From an uncultured Erysipelotrichaceae bacterium (GTDB taxonomy: Bacteria; Bacillota_I; Bacilli_A; RF39; UBA660), in the NCBI GenBank assembly GCA_902797995.1, contig CADBUX010000004.1, forward strand, positions 1 through 52,083: a stretch of DNA of 52,083 bases, given 5' to 3'. Shown here piece by piece: positions 1 through 10,391 of the stretch (the stretch's first letter is position 1; each line of letters opens with the position of its first letter). The position numbers and the translations under genes were made by a program. Below the pieces are notes generated by a model, which did not search any database, was not told the origin of the DNA, and saw nothing but the letters and a program-made list of their open reading frames with translations.

Positions 1-77
1 ATTTTCCACGTAATTACTATTATATCAAAAAATACTAAAAATTAAAGAAAAAATACATAAAAAAAATAGGTTTTCAC

Positions 78-572
78 CTACTTTAATCCAAAATACATAA
101 TTGCAGCAGTACTTACTAAAAATACTAAGGCTATTAAAACCGCAATAGATAATAGTATAGCTGTATCAGTAAATCCCCACATCGAATTACTAACGCTACT
201 AGATCCATTACTGCGAGAAACATTATTATCGAAATTACTATAATTAGTAAAATCATCATTACTAACAGATTGACTATGACTTGAATTCATATTTATCCCT
301 CCATGCATTTCCTTTGTTAAAACCCTTTGTTTACTTTGAGTATTACTCTGACCAGTTAAAGTATTTTCAATATCATTAGAGCCATTAATAAGGCCCAAAT
401 CGATATTTTGAGTTTCAAGCTGACGATCGGTATCCCTTATAACAGATTGCCCATCTACATATTCAGTAAGTGGTTCTTTTAAATCTTTTAAAGTCCTAGG
501 TAAAACCTTAGGTATATTATCAATCTCAATTTGTTCAAACTTATCAAAAAGATTATCATTTTTATTTTTCAT
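78..572 (-). CDS. Hypothetical tail-anchored membrane protein (low-complexity N/S-rich body, C-terminal TM helix)
   Basis: ORF track 78..584; ATG at 572 follows GGTGGTGG and overlaps the upstream gene end; C-terminus WGFTDTAILLSIAVLIALVFLVSTAAIMYFGLK. Confidence 0.7.
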   Translation of the reverse strand: MKNKNDNLFDKFEQIEIDNIPKVLPRTLKDLKEPLTEYVDGQSVIRDTDRQLETQNIDLGLINGSNDIENTLTGQSNTQSKQRVLTKEMHGGINMNSSHSQSVSNDDFTNYSNFDNNVSRSNGSSSVSNSMWGFTDTAILLSIAVLIALVFLVSTAAIMYFGLK

Positions 573-1185
573 CACTACCACCACCTAATGCCATATCCTC
601 AGCTCTTCGCATAATTAACTTAGTTATTCTTTTCATTTGTTCATCACTTAAATCGTATACATTGAAAGCATCTTTAATTTGATTCTTTATATTATCAGTA
701 AAATTAGTCTTATAATAATCAGAAAAAGATTTTTCATAATCCATTCTTCTAAATACTCCTACAAAAAAATCTTGAAGCCAACTAGGAACTTTATTCATAT
801 ATTCATCAAAATTTTCTAAAACATCTAAATCACTTATAACCGCACTACCATCTTCGTTAGCGTACCAACCAAGAATCATAAGTGCAAGTGATACTCTTTT
901 ATGTTCTTTAGAGCTTTTTCTATCAGCCATTAAACTAATACCTGTATTAAAACCTGCAATTGTTTTATCAGTATCGTTGCTAAACAAACTATCAGGAAGA
1001 ACAATATCCCCAGTATTAGTATTAATTTTAATTTCATCAAGGTTTATTCTAATAATATTCCTATTTTCTTTATCAATAGCATCAGATACTTTTTTCATAA
1101 GACGACAAAAAGTATGAATCTTAACGTTTTCGAATTCATCTCTTCTATCTATAAATTGTCTAAGCGAAATTATAGTATCATTCAT
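562..1185 (-). CDS. Hypothetical protein, possible degenerate protein-kinase-like (pseudokinase) domain
   Basis: ORF 562..1197; likely ATG at 1185 after AGGTGG; segments IIRINLDEIKINTNTGDIVLPDSLF and RVSLALMILGW resemble kinase subdomains VIb-IX without the catalytic residues. Confidence 0.6.
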   Translation of the reverse strand: MNDTIISLRQFIDRRDEFENVKIHTFCRLMKKVSDAIDKENRNIIRINLDEIKINTNTGDIVLPDSLFSNDTDKTIAGFNTGISLMADRKSSKEHKRVSLALMILGWYANEDGSAVISDLDVLENFDEYMNKVPSWLQDFFVGVFRRMDYEKSFSDYYKTNFTDNIKNQIKDAFNVYDLSDEQMKRITKLIMRRAEDMALGGGSDEK

Positions 1186-1208
1186 ATTAGAGACCACCTA
1201 TCATAGAC

Positions 1209-1219
1209 ATTATAGCACA
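1209..1219 (-). promoter_or_regulatory. Extended -10 sigma-A promoter (TGTGCTATAAT)
   Basis: TRTG-n-TATAAT about 24 nt upstream of the ATG at 1185. Confidence 0.55.
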
Positions 1220-1222
1220 GTT

Positions 1223-1792
1223 TTACGAAAATAAAAAATACTTTTCTAACTTTTTACGAATTTTTAATAATTGATTGTCAACCTTCTTTTCATCTATCTC
1301 AAGTAAACTAGCAATATTTTTATAAGAAAAACCATTGTATCTGAGTTCAAATATCTGAGCATCCAAAGAATTTAAACTATTTTTAAAGTTGATTATATCC
1401 TTTTCATATTCAGTATCAATAAAATTATCAAACATATCAAAATCAGAAATAAATCCTTCCAAATTATCATAGTTTTCTATATCCATATAATTATAACAAT
1501 CTGGTCTGTTAAGTAGTTTTCTAGCATAATTAGAAATAGACCTTTTTAAACAAGTTAAAAGATAAGAATAAAAAAGAACATCTTTCCTAGAATCGTACCT
1601 ATCAATCGCATAACACAAAGTAATGCGTTGATGCTGAATAAGATCCTCAGGATCAAGTCCTTTATATTTGTGTTTTTTAACAAAAGAATATGCAAAACTC
1701 CTAAAAAGCGGTTCATACTTTCTAACCATATAATTTAAAGCTTCTTCATCTTCTTTTATCATATAAACAAGTTCATAATCATTGTATTCCAT
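1223..1792 (-). CDS. sigH: Alternative sigma-70 factor, SigH type
   Basis: Region 2 (DPEDLIQ...AIDRYD) and region 4 HTH (GFSYKNIASLL...KKVDNQLLKIRKKL); syntenic position after rlmB. Confidence 0.75.
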   Translation of the reverse strand: MEYNDYELVYMIKEDEEALNYMVRKYEPLFRSFAYSFVKKHKYKGLDPEDLIQHQRITLCYAIDRYDSRKDVLFYSYLLTCLKRSISNYARKLLNRPDCYNYMDIENYDNLEGFISDFDMFDNFIDTEYEKDIINFKNSLNSLDAQIFELRYNGFSYKNIASLLEIDEKKVDNQLLKIRKKLEKYFLFS

Positions 1793-1800
1793 AAAACCTC

Positions 1801-2502
1801 CTACAAGTTCTTTTGCCTCCTTACTTCGTAGATTAAAATACCCGCTGCAACTGAAGCATTTAAACTTTCACATTTTTCACTCATAGGAATTGAAATAATA
1901 TAATCTGATGATTTTTTTATAAGTTCACTAACTCCTTTACCTTCGTTACCAATAACTAAAGCAACATTGCCATCATAAGAAACACTTGTATAACTAGCAC
2001 CATCCATATCACTAGCATAAATCCAGTAGTTTTTAGATTTTAAGTAATTTAGTGTTTGATTAAGATTAGTAACCATACAAATTTTCATATTAATAGCAGT
2101 CCCCACACTTGTCTTCATAACAGTAGAATTAACGCTTACACTACGATCTTTAGGAATTATAATTCCATCCACTCCTGCAGCGGCACAAGTTCTTATAATC
2201 GCACCAAAGTTATGAGTATCTTCCAAATGATCAAGTATCACTATTAAACCATTATCACAAATAATATCATCAAGATCACAATATTCATAATCCCCGACAT
2301 CAATAATTATACCTTGATGATTTTCTTTTGCAAGTTGGTCTAATTCACTTTTCCTACAGAAATGTGGTTCGATTTTTAAAGATTCTATTAGTGAAATCAA
2401 TTTTTGGTCACTAAAACTCATATCCAAATATAACGTTTTAGCATTTTTCCTTTTTTTTAAATATTCATAACAACTATTTTTACCATATATAAGCATAACC
2501 AT
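1801..2502 (-). CDS. rlmB: 23S rRNA Gm2251 methyltransferase (SpoU/TrmH family)
   Basis: ILDHLEDTHNFGAIIRT, IGNEGKGVS and ESLNASVAAG SPOUT motifs; cysS-mrnC-rlmB synteny. Confidence 0.92.
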   Translation of the reverse strand: MVMLIYGKNSCYEYLKKRKNAKTLYLDMSFSDQKLISLIESLKIEPHFCRKSELDQLAKENHQGIIIDVGDYEYCDLDDIICDNGLIVILDHLEDTHNFGAIIRTCAAAGVDGIIIPKDRSVSVNSTVMKTSVGTAINMKICMVTNLNQTLNYLKSKNYWIYASDMDGASYTSVSYDGNVALVIGNEGKGVSELIKKSSDYIISIPMSEKCESLNASVAAGILIYEVRRQKNL

Positions 2503-2509
2503 TACTTCC

Positions 2510-2866
2510 TTACAAATTAATTATAAAATTAAACACCTCATCTAAGCGTTTCTTGTCATTAATATACAAATATCCAATCAAAATTTCAAACGCTGTAGCG
2601 TATTTATATGTAACAATATCACAATTTTTTGGACTTTTATGTGTCTTAATATTACGACCTCTTCGAAGAATATCCACCTCATCAAAAGATAAAAATTCGT
2701 TTTTAACAAGCATATCAGCAAAATAAGCTTGTCTTTTAGCAGTTACAAATTTAAGTGTAAACTTCTGTAAATCGTTAAGTTTTACTACATTTTTAGAAAT
2801 AATATACTCACGAACCATAAGTTCAAAGACTGCATCTCCTAAAAAAGAAAGTTGATAAAGACTCAT
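2510..2866 (-). CDS. mrnC: Mini-ribonuclease III
   Basis: LSFLGDAVFEL, RRGRN, YKYATAFEILIGYLY; no dsRNA-binding domain. Confidence 0.9.
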   Translation of the reverse strand: MSLYQLSFLGDAVFELMVREYIISKNVVKLNDLQKFTLKFVTAKRQAYFADMLVKNEFLSFDEVDILRRGRNIKTHKSPKNCDIVTYKYATAFEILIGYLYINDKKRLDEVFNFIINL

Positions 2867-3540
2867 TAATCTCTATCCCCCATAAAAGTAAGAACAATTC
2901 TAAATATTTCTATAACCGTAGTAATAAGACCCGCAACATAAGTAAGAGCAGCAGCAAATAAAACCTTACGCGCTCCTTCTTTTTCACTATCATTTAAAAT
3001 ATGATACTCACTTAAATTTTTCATTCCTCTACTTGAAGCATCAAATTCAACAGGAAGAGTTACAAGTTGAAAAAGAAGTATTGCACAAAGCATAACAATT
3101 CCTAAATAAATAAAACTAGTAATTTGAGCAGCAGCCCCAATCACTATAGCTAAATATCCAAACTTAGACGATAAATTAACTGCAGGAATAATTGCACTTC
3201 TAACTTTCATCATAGAATATCCTTCTTTATGTTGAATAGCATGACCAACTTCATGAGCTGCAATTGATGCAGCACTTATAGTAGTACCATGAAAAACATT
3301 AGTAGAAAGTCTAACAACGTTTTGGGTAGGATCAAAATGATCAGATAAATAACCAGTAGTTTCTACAACATAAACGTTATCCATACCATGTCTTTTTAAT
3401 ATTTCCTGAGCAACTTCAACACCAGATAAACCCTTAGTATTATTAATTTTAGAATATTTATTGTACCTAGATTTAATTAATATTTGAGCGCCACCTGATA
3501 AAAGCAGTGACAAAAGTAGTAATAAATATGTATATTCCAT
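2866..3540 (-). CDS. Membrane neutral zinc metallopeptidase (YugP/Zn_peptidase_2 family)
   Basis: LSDHFDP, AAHEVGHAIQH (HEXXH), TLPVEFDASSR, AAALTYVA. Confidence 0.88.
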   Translation of the reverse strand: MEYTYLLLLLSLLLSGGAQILIKSRYNKYSKINNTKGLSGVEVAQEILKRHGMDNVYVVETTGYLSDHFDPTQNVVRLSTNVFHGTTISAASIAAHEVGHAIQHKEGYSMMKVRSAIIPAVNLSSKFGYLAIVIGAAAQITSFIYLGIVMLCAILLFQLVTLPVEFDASSRGMKNLSEYHILNDSEKEGARKVLFAAALTYVAGLITTVIEIFRIVLTFMGDRD

Positions 3541-3548
3541 AATTCCTC

Positions 3549-4934
3549 CTATAATACTTCGTATGTAGTACCTTCTTTAGTATCAATAAGTCTAATTCCT
3601 TTTTCTAATAATTCATCACGAATAGCATCAGCTAAAACAAAGTCCTTATTATCTTTAGCAACCTTTCTCTTTTCAATCAGATCAATAATATATTCTTGAG
3701 AAATAGAGCTTTCTTTTTTATCTTCTTTTAATAAATCAAGACTTAGAACTTCATCAAATTTACTTACTAAATATCTTTTTGAAGCATCGTTTAAATCAGA
3801 TTTTAAAACATCATATAAACATGTAAGCATCATTGAAGTATTTAAATCATTATTAATAGCGTTTTTAAACATATCTATGTATTTATCAACACCAGAAACA
3901 TCTCCAGACTCACTAAGACTAGTAATTTTACTTTTTAACTTCTCATAAGAACTGGCAAAACCATCTAACATACCATAACTAAATAACATTTGTTTTCTAT
4001 AATGTGATGATAAACATGCCATTCGATAAACAAGAGGATTATAACCTTTTTCTTCAAGTAAAGAAACAGTTAAAAAATCTCCTTTACTCTTACTCATCTT
4101 ACCAGTTTCATCATTAAGATGTTCAACATGAAACCAATAATTACACCATTTATGTCCCAAAAAAGCCTCACTTTGAGCAATTTCATTAGTATGATGTGGA
4201 AATATATTATCAACGCCTCCACAATGAATATCAAGCTTTTCTCCTAAATGTTTGAGCGCTATACAAGAGCATTCTATATGCCATCCAGGATAACCAACTC
4301 CCCAAGGAGAATCCCATTTAAGTTGTTGATCTTCGAATTTAGATTTAGTAAACCATAATACAAAATCAGTTTTATTTCTCTTATTAGGATCCACATCTAC
4401 ATCATCACGAACACCTTCCAAAAGCGATTCATTAGTATGATTAGTAAGAGAGTAATACTCATCAAGACGAGATGTATCGAAATAAATGTTTTCTCCTGCC
4501 TTATAGGCATACCCTTTATTAAGTAATATCTCTATCATATTGATATATTCATCTATCATGTTAGTAGCAGCCTCAACAATTTCTGGTTTTTTAATATTTA
4601 ACTTATCACAATCAGTAAAAAAAGCCTCAGTATAAAACTTAGCAATATCCATAACCGTTTTATTCTCTCTTTTTGCACCCTTTACCATCTTATCATCACC
4701 AGTATCAGCATCACTAGATAGATGCCCAACATCAGTAATATTCATTACTCTTTTTACATCATATCCTAAAAATCTAAAAGACCTTTCTAAAACATCTTCC
4801 ATTATGTAAGACCTAAGATTCCCTATATGAGCATAATGATATACTGTAGGACCACAAGTATACATCTTAACCTTACCTTCTTCATTTGGAATAAACTCTT
4901 CTATCTTCCTAGTTAATGTATTATATAAACGCAT
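3549..4934 (-). CDS. cysS: Cysteine--tRNA ligase
   Basis: CGPTVY, HIGN, GYPGWHIECS, FPHHTNE, KMSKS. Confidence 0.97.
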   Translation of the reverse strand: MRLYNTLTRKIEEFIPNEEGKVKMYTCGPTVYHYAHIGNLRSYIMEDVLERSFRFLGYDVKRVMNITDVGHLSSDADTGDDKMVKGAKRENKTVMDIAKFYTEAFFTDCDKLNIKKPEIVEAATNMIDEYINMIEILLNKGYAYKAGENIYFDTSRLDEYYSLTNHTNESLLEGVRDDVDVDPNKRNKTDFVLWFTKSKFEDQQLKWDSPWGVGYPGWHIECSCIALKHLGEKLDIHCGGVDNIFPHHTNEIAQSEAFLGHKWCNYWFHVEHLNDETGKMSKSKGDFLTVSLLEEKGYNPLVYRMACLSSHYRKQMLFSYGMLDGFASSYEKLKSKITSLSESGDVSGVDKYIDMFKNAINNDLNTSMMLTCLYDVLKSDLNDASKRYLVSKFDEVLSLDLLKEDKKESSISQEYIIDLIEKRKVAKDNKDFVLADAIRDELLEKGIRLIDTKEGTTYEVL

Positions 4935-4946
4935 TATATCACTCCC

Positions 4947-6368
4947 CTATAAACGTTTTAAAACTTTTTCCTTACCTAGCAAATAAATAGTATCAGGAAG
5001 TTCAGGCCCATGCATTACACCACTAACAGCAATACGAATAGGCATATAAAGCATTTTCCCCTTTACTCCAGCTTTTTCTTTAACATTGTTTATTGCAATA
5101 CTAATACTATCTACATTCCAATCAGAAATAGCTTCAATTTCTTCTTTAAATGCTTTTAAAGTATCATTAACACCATCTTGTTTCATAAAAGATAAGCATT
5201 CTTCATCTAAAGTTATATCATCTTCAAAGAAAATTTTTACCTCATTAACTATTTCCTTACCATAACTTATATGATTTTGATATATACTTACCAAATGATG
5301 AATCCATTCATCACTCTTTTCATCAAGATTATAAGCATCTTTTAAGAAAGGTAAAACAAAATCAAAATAATCATCCATAGATAATCTCTTAATATATTGT
5401 GCATTAAACCAGTTAAGCTTTTTAACATCATACTGACTAGAACTTTTACTAATTCTTTTCGGATCAAAAGCATTAATTAATTCATCCATACTAAATACTT
5501 CTTGATTAGTCTCAGGACTCCATCCTAAAAGCACTAAATAATTAACAATAGCATCTGGTAAATAGCCTTCATTATATAGATCCATAAATGAAGCATCACC
5601 ATTTCTTTTACTAAGTTTTGAACCATCTTCTCCTAAAACCATTGCAACATGAACGTATTCAGGTTTTTCCCATCCAAATGCATCGTATAATAAATTATAT
5701 TTAGCAGTTTGATCTAAATATTCCTTTCCACGCACAACATGAGTAATATTCATCAAATGATCATCTATAACATTAGCAAAATTATAAGTAGGATATCCAT
5801 CAGATTTAATTAGTATTTGGTCTTCCAAAACACTATTATTAATAACTATATCTCCATATACAACATCACTAACAATAGTTTCCCCAGTCTTAGGCATAGC
5901 TTGTCTAATAACATAAGGAACCCCTTTAGCAAGCATTTCATCCACTTCTTCTTTACTTAAATTACGACAATGGCCATCATACATAAACGCTTGCTTATTA
6001 AGACTAGCTACTTCACGAAGCTTATCCAGTCTTTCTTCAGTACAAAAGCAATAATAAGCAGCACCTTTTTCTACAAGTTCAAGTGCATGCTTCTTATATA
6101 TATCTATTCTTTCACTTTGAATATAAGGACCATATTCACCTTCGTTGTTAGGACCTTCATCTATTTTAAATCTGCACAAAGAAAGCGTATCATAAATAAA
6201 ATCAATTGCACCTTCTACTTTTCTAGTTTGATCAGTATCTTCAATACGAAGTATAAAATCACCATTATCTTTTTTAGCAATTAAATATTCAAAAATTGCA
6301 GTTCTTAAATTACCAATATGCATATATCCTGTAGGACTTGGAGCAAATCTAGTTCTTGTTTTTTTCAT
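4947..6368 (-). CDS. gltX: Glutamate--tRNA ligase
   Basis: RTRFAPSPTGYMHIGN, LRIEDTD, KLSKR; ATG at 6368 preferred. Confidence 0.97.
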   Translation of the reverse strand: MKKTRTRFAPSPTGYMHIGNLRTAIFEYLIAKKDNGDFILRIEDTDQTRKVEGAIDFIYDTLSLCRFKIDEGPNNEGEYGPYIQSERIDIYKKHALELVEKGAAYYCFCTEERLDKLREVASLNKQAFMYDGHCRNLSKEEVDEMLAKGVPYVIRQAMPKTGETIVSDVVYGDIVINNSVLEDQILIKSDGYPTYNFANVIDDHLMNITHVVRGKEYLDQTAKYNLLYDAFGWEKPEYVHVAMVLGEDGSKLSKRNGDASFMDLYNEGYLPDAIVNYLVLLGWSPETNQEVFSMDELINAFDPKRISKSSSQYDVKKLNWFNAQYIKRLSMDDYFDFVLPFLKDAYNLDEKSDEWIHHLVSIYQNHISYGKEIVNEVKIFFEDDITLDEECLSFMKQDGVNDTLKAFKEEIEAISDWNVDSISIAINNVKEKAGVKGKMLYMPIRIAVSGVMHGPELPDTIYLLGKEKVLKRL

Positions 6369-6406
6369 ATAAATCACCTGCCTGTATTATAACAAAAAAA
6401 CAAAGG

Positions 6407-8689
6407 TTAGACAACCTTTGCTACTTTTACTCCATCAATTTTTATCTTATTAAAACCAGACATCATTTTATTAACAATCAACTCTTCAACATCATAACTA
6501 ATTATATCATCAATCTTCCTAGCACCATATTTATCAAATTCACAAAGATTTGTAATCTCTTTAACTAAATTATTAGTAAAAGAACAGATAACCCCTTTTT
6601 TCTTATAAGCCTTTCTTAAAGCACTTAACTTACAGTGAACAAGCCTAGTACAAACATCTAAATCAATCTTATTAAATTTAATAATTTTCCCAATTCTATT
6701 AACAAATTCTACTCCGAAAAACTTATTAATATCTTCATAACTAACCTTATTATCAAAACCAATACTAGTCTTACCACATCCCAAATTCGAAGTCATTATA
6801 ATAGTAGTATTAGAAAAATTAATCTTTTCACCCTTGCTATTTGTAGCAACACCTTCATCAAGTATTTGTAAAAATAAATTAATGACTTCACGACTTGCTT
6901 TTTCAACTTCATCAAGAATAATTAAACTATATGGATTATCTCTAACCTGTTCAAAAACATTTTTATTATCGTTGTAACCAACATATCCTGGAGGAGACCC
7001 GATCATCCTACTAACAGAATGCCCTTCACGATATTCACTCATATCTACCCTGATAACATTATCTCCATAAAAATATTTGCCGTATTCTTTAGCAAGCAAT
7101 GTCTTACCAACCCCAGTAGGCCCCACAAATAAAAAAGAAATAGGTTTATTCTTTCGCACCAAATATTTATTTTTTCTAAATGTATCACAAATAGTAGAAA
7201 CAGCAGCATCTTGCCCTAAAACAATACTACAAGCACTAGTCTTAAACTTATCAAAAAACAAATTAGTATTTTCATAAAGAGGTATTCCACTCATTTCTTC
7301 CACTATTTTTAAAACATCTAAAACCTTAATTTTTTTATAATTTTTCTTTATACTATTAAGTTCCATTCTATTTTTCTTATCTTCAAGAATCATTTCGGTC
7401 TTTTTATATAAAAAAGCTTCATCAAACTTATTATTTATAATAGATTTATTTTTCAAATCTTTTATCTCAGATAGTTTAAGAGATATATCAAGAGCATTAT
7501 TTTTCTTATAACTCGAAACAGAAGTTCTAGAGCAAACCTCATCCATAACATCTATTGCTTTATCAGGTAACTTTCTATCATAAATATAATGATTAGATAG
7601 TGATACTATTTTATCTATCACTTCATCACTAATTTTAACATGATGATATTCTTCATATATAGGACGTAATTCTTTTAAAATCAAAACTGTGTCATCTAAA
7701 GAAGGTTCTTTAATAACAACAGGTTGAAATCTACGAGAAAGAGCCCTATCATTCTCAATAAACTCTTTATATTCAGAAGTTGTAGTAGCTCCGATTATTC
7801 TAACATTACCACGTGCAAGCGCAGGTTTCAATATATTACTTGCATCAATTGCGCCTTCAGCACCTCCGGCACCCACTAAAGTATGAATTTCATCAATAAA
7901 TAAAATAACATCATCATTATCTTCAAGTTCATGAATTATTTTCTCTATACGTTCTTCGAACTCTCCTCGATATTTAGTACCTGCTACCAAACTAGCCATA
8001 GACACGGACACAATTCTCTTACCTACTAATCCTAAAGGAACATTCCCACTTTCAAGAAGTCGAGCAAGTTCTTCAACAACCGCTGTTTTTCCAACTCCAG
8101 CATCCCCCAAAAGAAGAGGATTATTTTTACTACGTCTTGATAAAATTTCAAGAAGACGTGATATCTCCTTATCACGACATACAACAGGATCCATTTCTCC
8201 ATTTTTACTTTTCTTATTTAAATCTATACCAAAAGAATCCACAGTAAGTTTAACACCTTTATTTTTCTTTGAAGTATAAAAAGCATCATATAAACCATCA
8301 ACATCTATATCCATACCCATAAGAATTCTTATAGCAACACCTTCACCTTCTTCAAAAAGAGCCAAAAATAGGTCACTAGTATCAACACATTTTTTACCCT
8401 TATCACTAGAGTCCATACTTGCAGACTCTAAAATATTACGAAGAAGTGGCGTATACAAATAAAAATCATTACTGTTCTTACCAATACCGACAACTCTAAT
8501 TAATTCTTCTTTAAATACTTCATAAGTAATACCGACATTATTAAACTTTTCTACATAATCTCGATTACCATATTTTAAAAGGGACAACAATAAATGTTCA
8601 CTTCCAATATAAGGATGCTTTAAATTCATCATTTCTTTCTGCATATTAACAAGTACCTTTTTTGCTTTTTCATCAAATTTTGAAAACAT
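6407..8689 (-). CDS. clpC: ATP-dependent Clp protease ATPase subunit (ClpC type)
   Basis: Clp-N domain ([11 protein letters not shown]), two AAA modules ([16 protein letters not shown]), [20 protein letters not shown]. Confidence 0.88.
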   Translation of the reverse strand: MFSKFDEKAKKVLVNMQKEMMNLKHPYIGSEHLLLSLLKYGNRDYVEKFNNVGITYEVFKEELIRVVGIGKNSNDFYLYTPLLRNILESASMDSSDKGKKCVDTSDLFLALFEEGEGVAIRILMGMDIDVDGLYDAFYTSKKNKGVKLTVDSFGIDLNKKSKNGEMDPVVCRDKEISRLLEILSRRSKNNPLLLGDAGVGKTAVVEELARLLESGNVPLGLVGKRIVSVSMASLVAGTKYRGEFEERIEKIIHELEDNDDVILFIDEIHTLVGAGGAEGAIDASNILKPALARGNVRIIGATTTSEYKEFIENDRALSRRFQPVVIKEPSLDDTVLILKELRPIYEEYHHVKISDEVIDKIVSLSNHYIYDRKLPDKAIDVMDEVCSRTSVSSYKKNNALDISLKLSEIKDLKNKSIINNKFDEAFLYKKTEMILEDKKNRMELNSIKKNYKKIKVLDVLKIVEEMSGIPLYENTNLFFDKFKTSACSIVLGQDAAVSTICDTFRKNKYLVRKNKPISFLFVGPTGVGKTLLAKEYGKYFYGDNVIRVDMSEYREGHSVSRMIGSPPGYVGYNDNKNVFEQVRDNPYSLIILDEVEKASREVINLFLQILDEGVATNSKGEKINFSNTTIIMTSNLGCGKTSIGFDNKVSYEDINKFFGVEFVNRIGKIIKFNKIDLDVCTRLVHCKLSALRKAYKKKGVICSFTNNLVKEITNLCEFDKYGARKIDDIISYDVEELIVNKMMSGFNKIKIDGVKVAKVV

Positions 8690-8750
8690 AAATATCCTCC
8701 CATTATTATTTTATTCATATAATGAGAAAAAAACAGAAAAATTAAACACA

Positions 8751-8775
8751 AAAAAAGTGCAAAAATTGCACTTTT
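8751..8775 (-). terminator. Intrinsic terminator after the YfcC-like gene
   Basis: aaaagtgcaa/ttgcactttt inverted repeat followed by a T-run on the minus strand. Confidence 0.7.
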
Positions 8776-8780
8776 CATAA

Positions 8781-10292
8781 TCACACAAGTAACATTATTG
8801 TAAATACAACAAATGAAACTAGTAATAAACCTAATACAAACTTCCAAATGAATTTTAACCAATCTTTATACTTAACCTCACTAATTGATAATGAAACAAG
8901 TAAAAGTACACTTGAAGGGGCTACAAGCATCACTAAACTGTAAAGATTAGCAAACATAACACTTAGAATTGAAAGTACTGATTTATCTTCATAAACTTGA
9001 GTAATTGGATAAACAATAAATGATGCAAAATAGTAATAATCAACATAGAATAAACTATTTATAATTATATAAATACCTGAAATTGCAACATTAAACTCTT
9101 TTGTAGATTTAAGAAGAGCATTCATAACTGGTGTTAAAACATCATTAAAGTATACGAATAAATGTAAACTTAATGCAAGCACTACTAATACTGCAGGCAC
9201 TATAAATGATTTTAATCCATCTACAAATCCATCAAATGAATCTTCAAACTTAGTTCTATATAGTAATGATATAATTATCATTGCATATATAAGTAAAATT
9301 GAATAAACTTGGAATCTTATAGTTGGTTCAGCCCAAGTACCAAAAGCTCCAATATTTTCTAGTCCAAATAATTTGTTTAAAAGATCAAATTTACCAATAG
9401 TAAAACCAGTCCATGCACTATGAGCAGTAGCAAACCAGTTTTCTGAGCCAATAAGACCACTCCAGTTTGTAGTTCCAAGTAAAGCTATTAGAATCATTAT
9501 ACCAATAACTATCAATGCTGGAACTGCACTACGTTCTCCTCTTTCTTTATGAATCTTAAGAGCTTTTTTAACTCCTTTAGATTTTCTATCTTTTCCTCTT
9601 TTAACAGAACTTTTCTTTACCTTATCACTCTTTTTAGAAGAAACTTTAACTTCCTTGTTATCTCCTTTAATAGAAGCAGGCAAACCATTCTTCTTACAAT
9701 ACATAAGAACAAAAGCTATTAATCCAGCTAATCCTAATACAAAGAAAACTACTTTTGGTATTATTTGGTTAAAAGTTTTAAGATCTAATATTTGGTTATT
9801 AACACCATATAAAGATATTGAAAAAGTAGCACCATACATACCAATTATAGTAGCGCCTAGTGTTGCACTAAGAGCAACCATTTTGTCATAACCTACCTTA
9901 ACTAATAATCCAATTAAAATAGGAAATACAATAAGTAGACCTAAATCAAGCCCTACTACAGAAGATACTAAAGCCATTAAAATGATTACAAGAATTAATA
10001 ATAGTTTTTCTCTTCCAACAACTTTACTAGAGAATAAGTCAATTATCTTATCATATGCTCCAGCAGCTTTTAAAACACCATAGAATGCTCCAACCAATAG
10101 TACAAATGTAATAACCGGAATAAATGTAGGTAATGAATTTAATACATTAAACACAGTTGAAACAAATCCTAATTGATTTGAAACTTTCCATTTAAAGCCA
10201 CCAATACTATTGATTATTGGAATAATCCATGATAATAAAACATATGAAAGAATCACTATTCCCACAGCTTTAAATAAATTACTTTTTTTCAT
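8781..10292 (-). CDS. Polytopic membrane transporter, YfcC/DcuC-like (IT superfamily)
   Basis: About 12 hydrophobic segments; LSWIIP, FVLLVGAFYGVL and C-terminal YKDWLKFIWK motifs; ATG at 10292 after GGAGG. Confidence 0.65.
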   Translation of the reverse strand: MKKSNLFKAVGIVILSYVLLSWIIPIINSIGGFKWKVSNQLGFVSTVFNVLNSLPTFIPVITFVLLVGAFYGVLKAAGAYDKIIDLFSSKVVGREKLLLILVIILMALVSSVVGLDLGLLIVFPILIGLLVKVGYDKMVALSATLGATIIGMYGATFSISLYGVNNQILDLKTFNQIIPKVVFFVLGLAGLIAFVLMYCKKNGLPASIKGDNKEVKVSSKKSDKVKKSSVKRGKDRKSKGVKKALKIHKERGERSAVPALIVIGIMILIALLGTTNWSGLIGSENWFATAHSAWTGFTIGKFDLLNKLFGLENIGAFGTWAEPTIRFQVYSILLIYAMIIISLLYRTKFEDSFDGFVDGLKSFIVPAVLVVLALSLHLFVYFNDVLTPVMNALLKSTKEFNVAISGIYIIINSLFYVDYYYFASFIVYPITQVYEDKSVLSILSVMFANLYSLVMLVAPSSVLLLVSLSISEVKYKDWLKFIWKFVLGLLLVSFVVFTIMLLV

Positions 10293-10391
10293 TTTTTTAC
10301 CTCCTAATATAATTATGACACTTTTAAAACAAAAAATAAAGAAAAAACTGGAAAAAAGCCCATATTTCAAGTACTTTTTCAAAAAAAAAGA

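Noticed and set aside
10293-10382. N-terminal extension of the YfcC-like ORF, and the overlapping 8629..8862 minus-strand ORF
   Set aside because: Both cross intergenic terminator-like DNA or overlap real genes; GGAGG supports the start at 10292.
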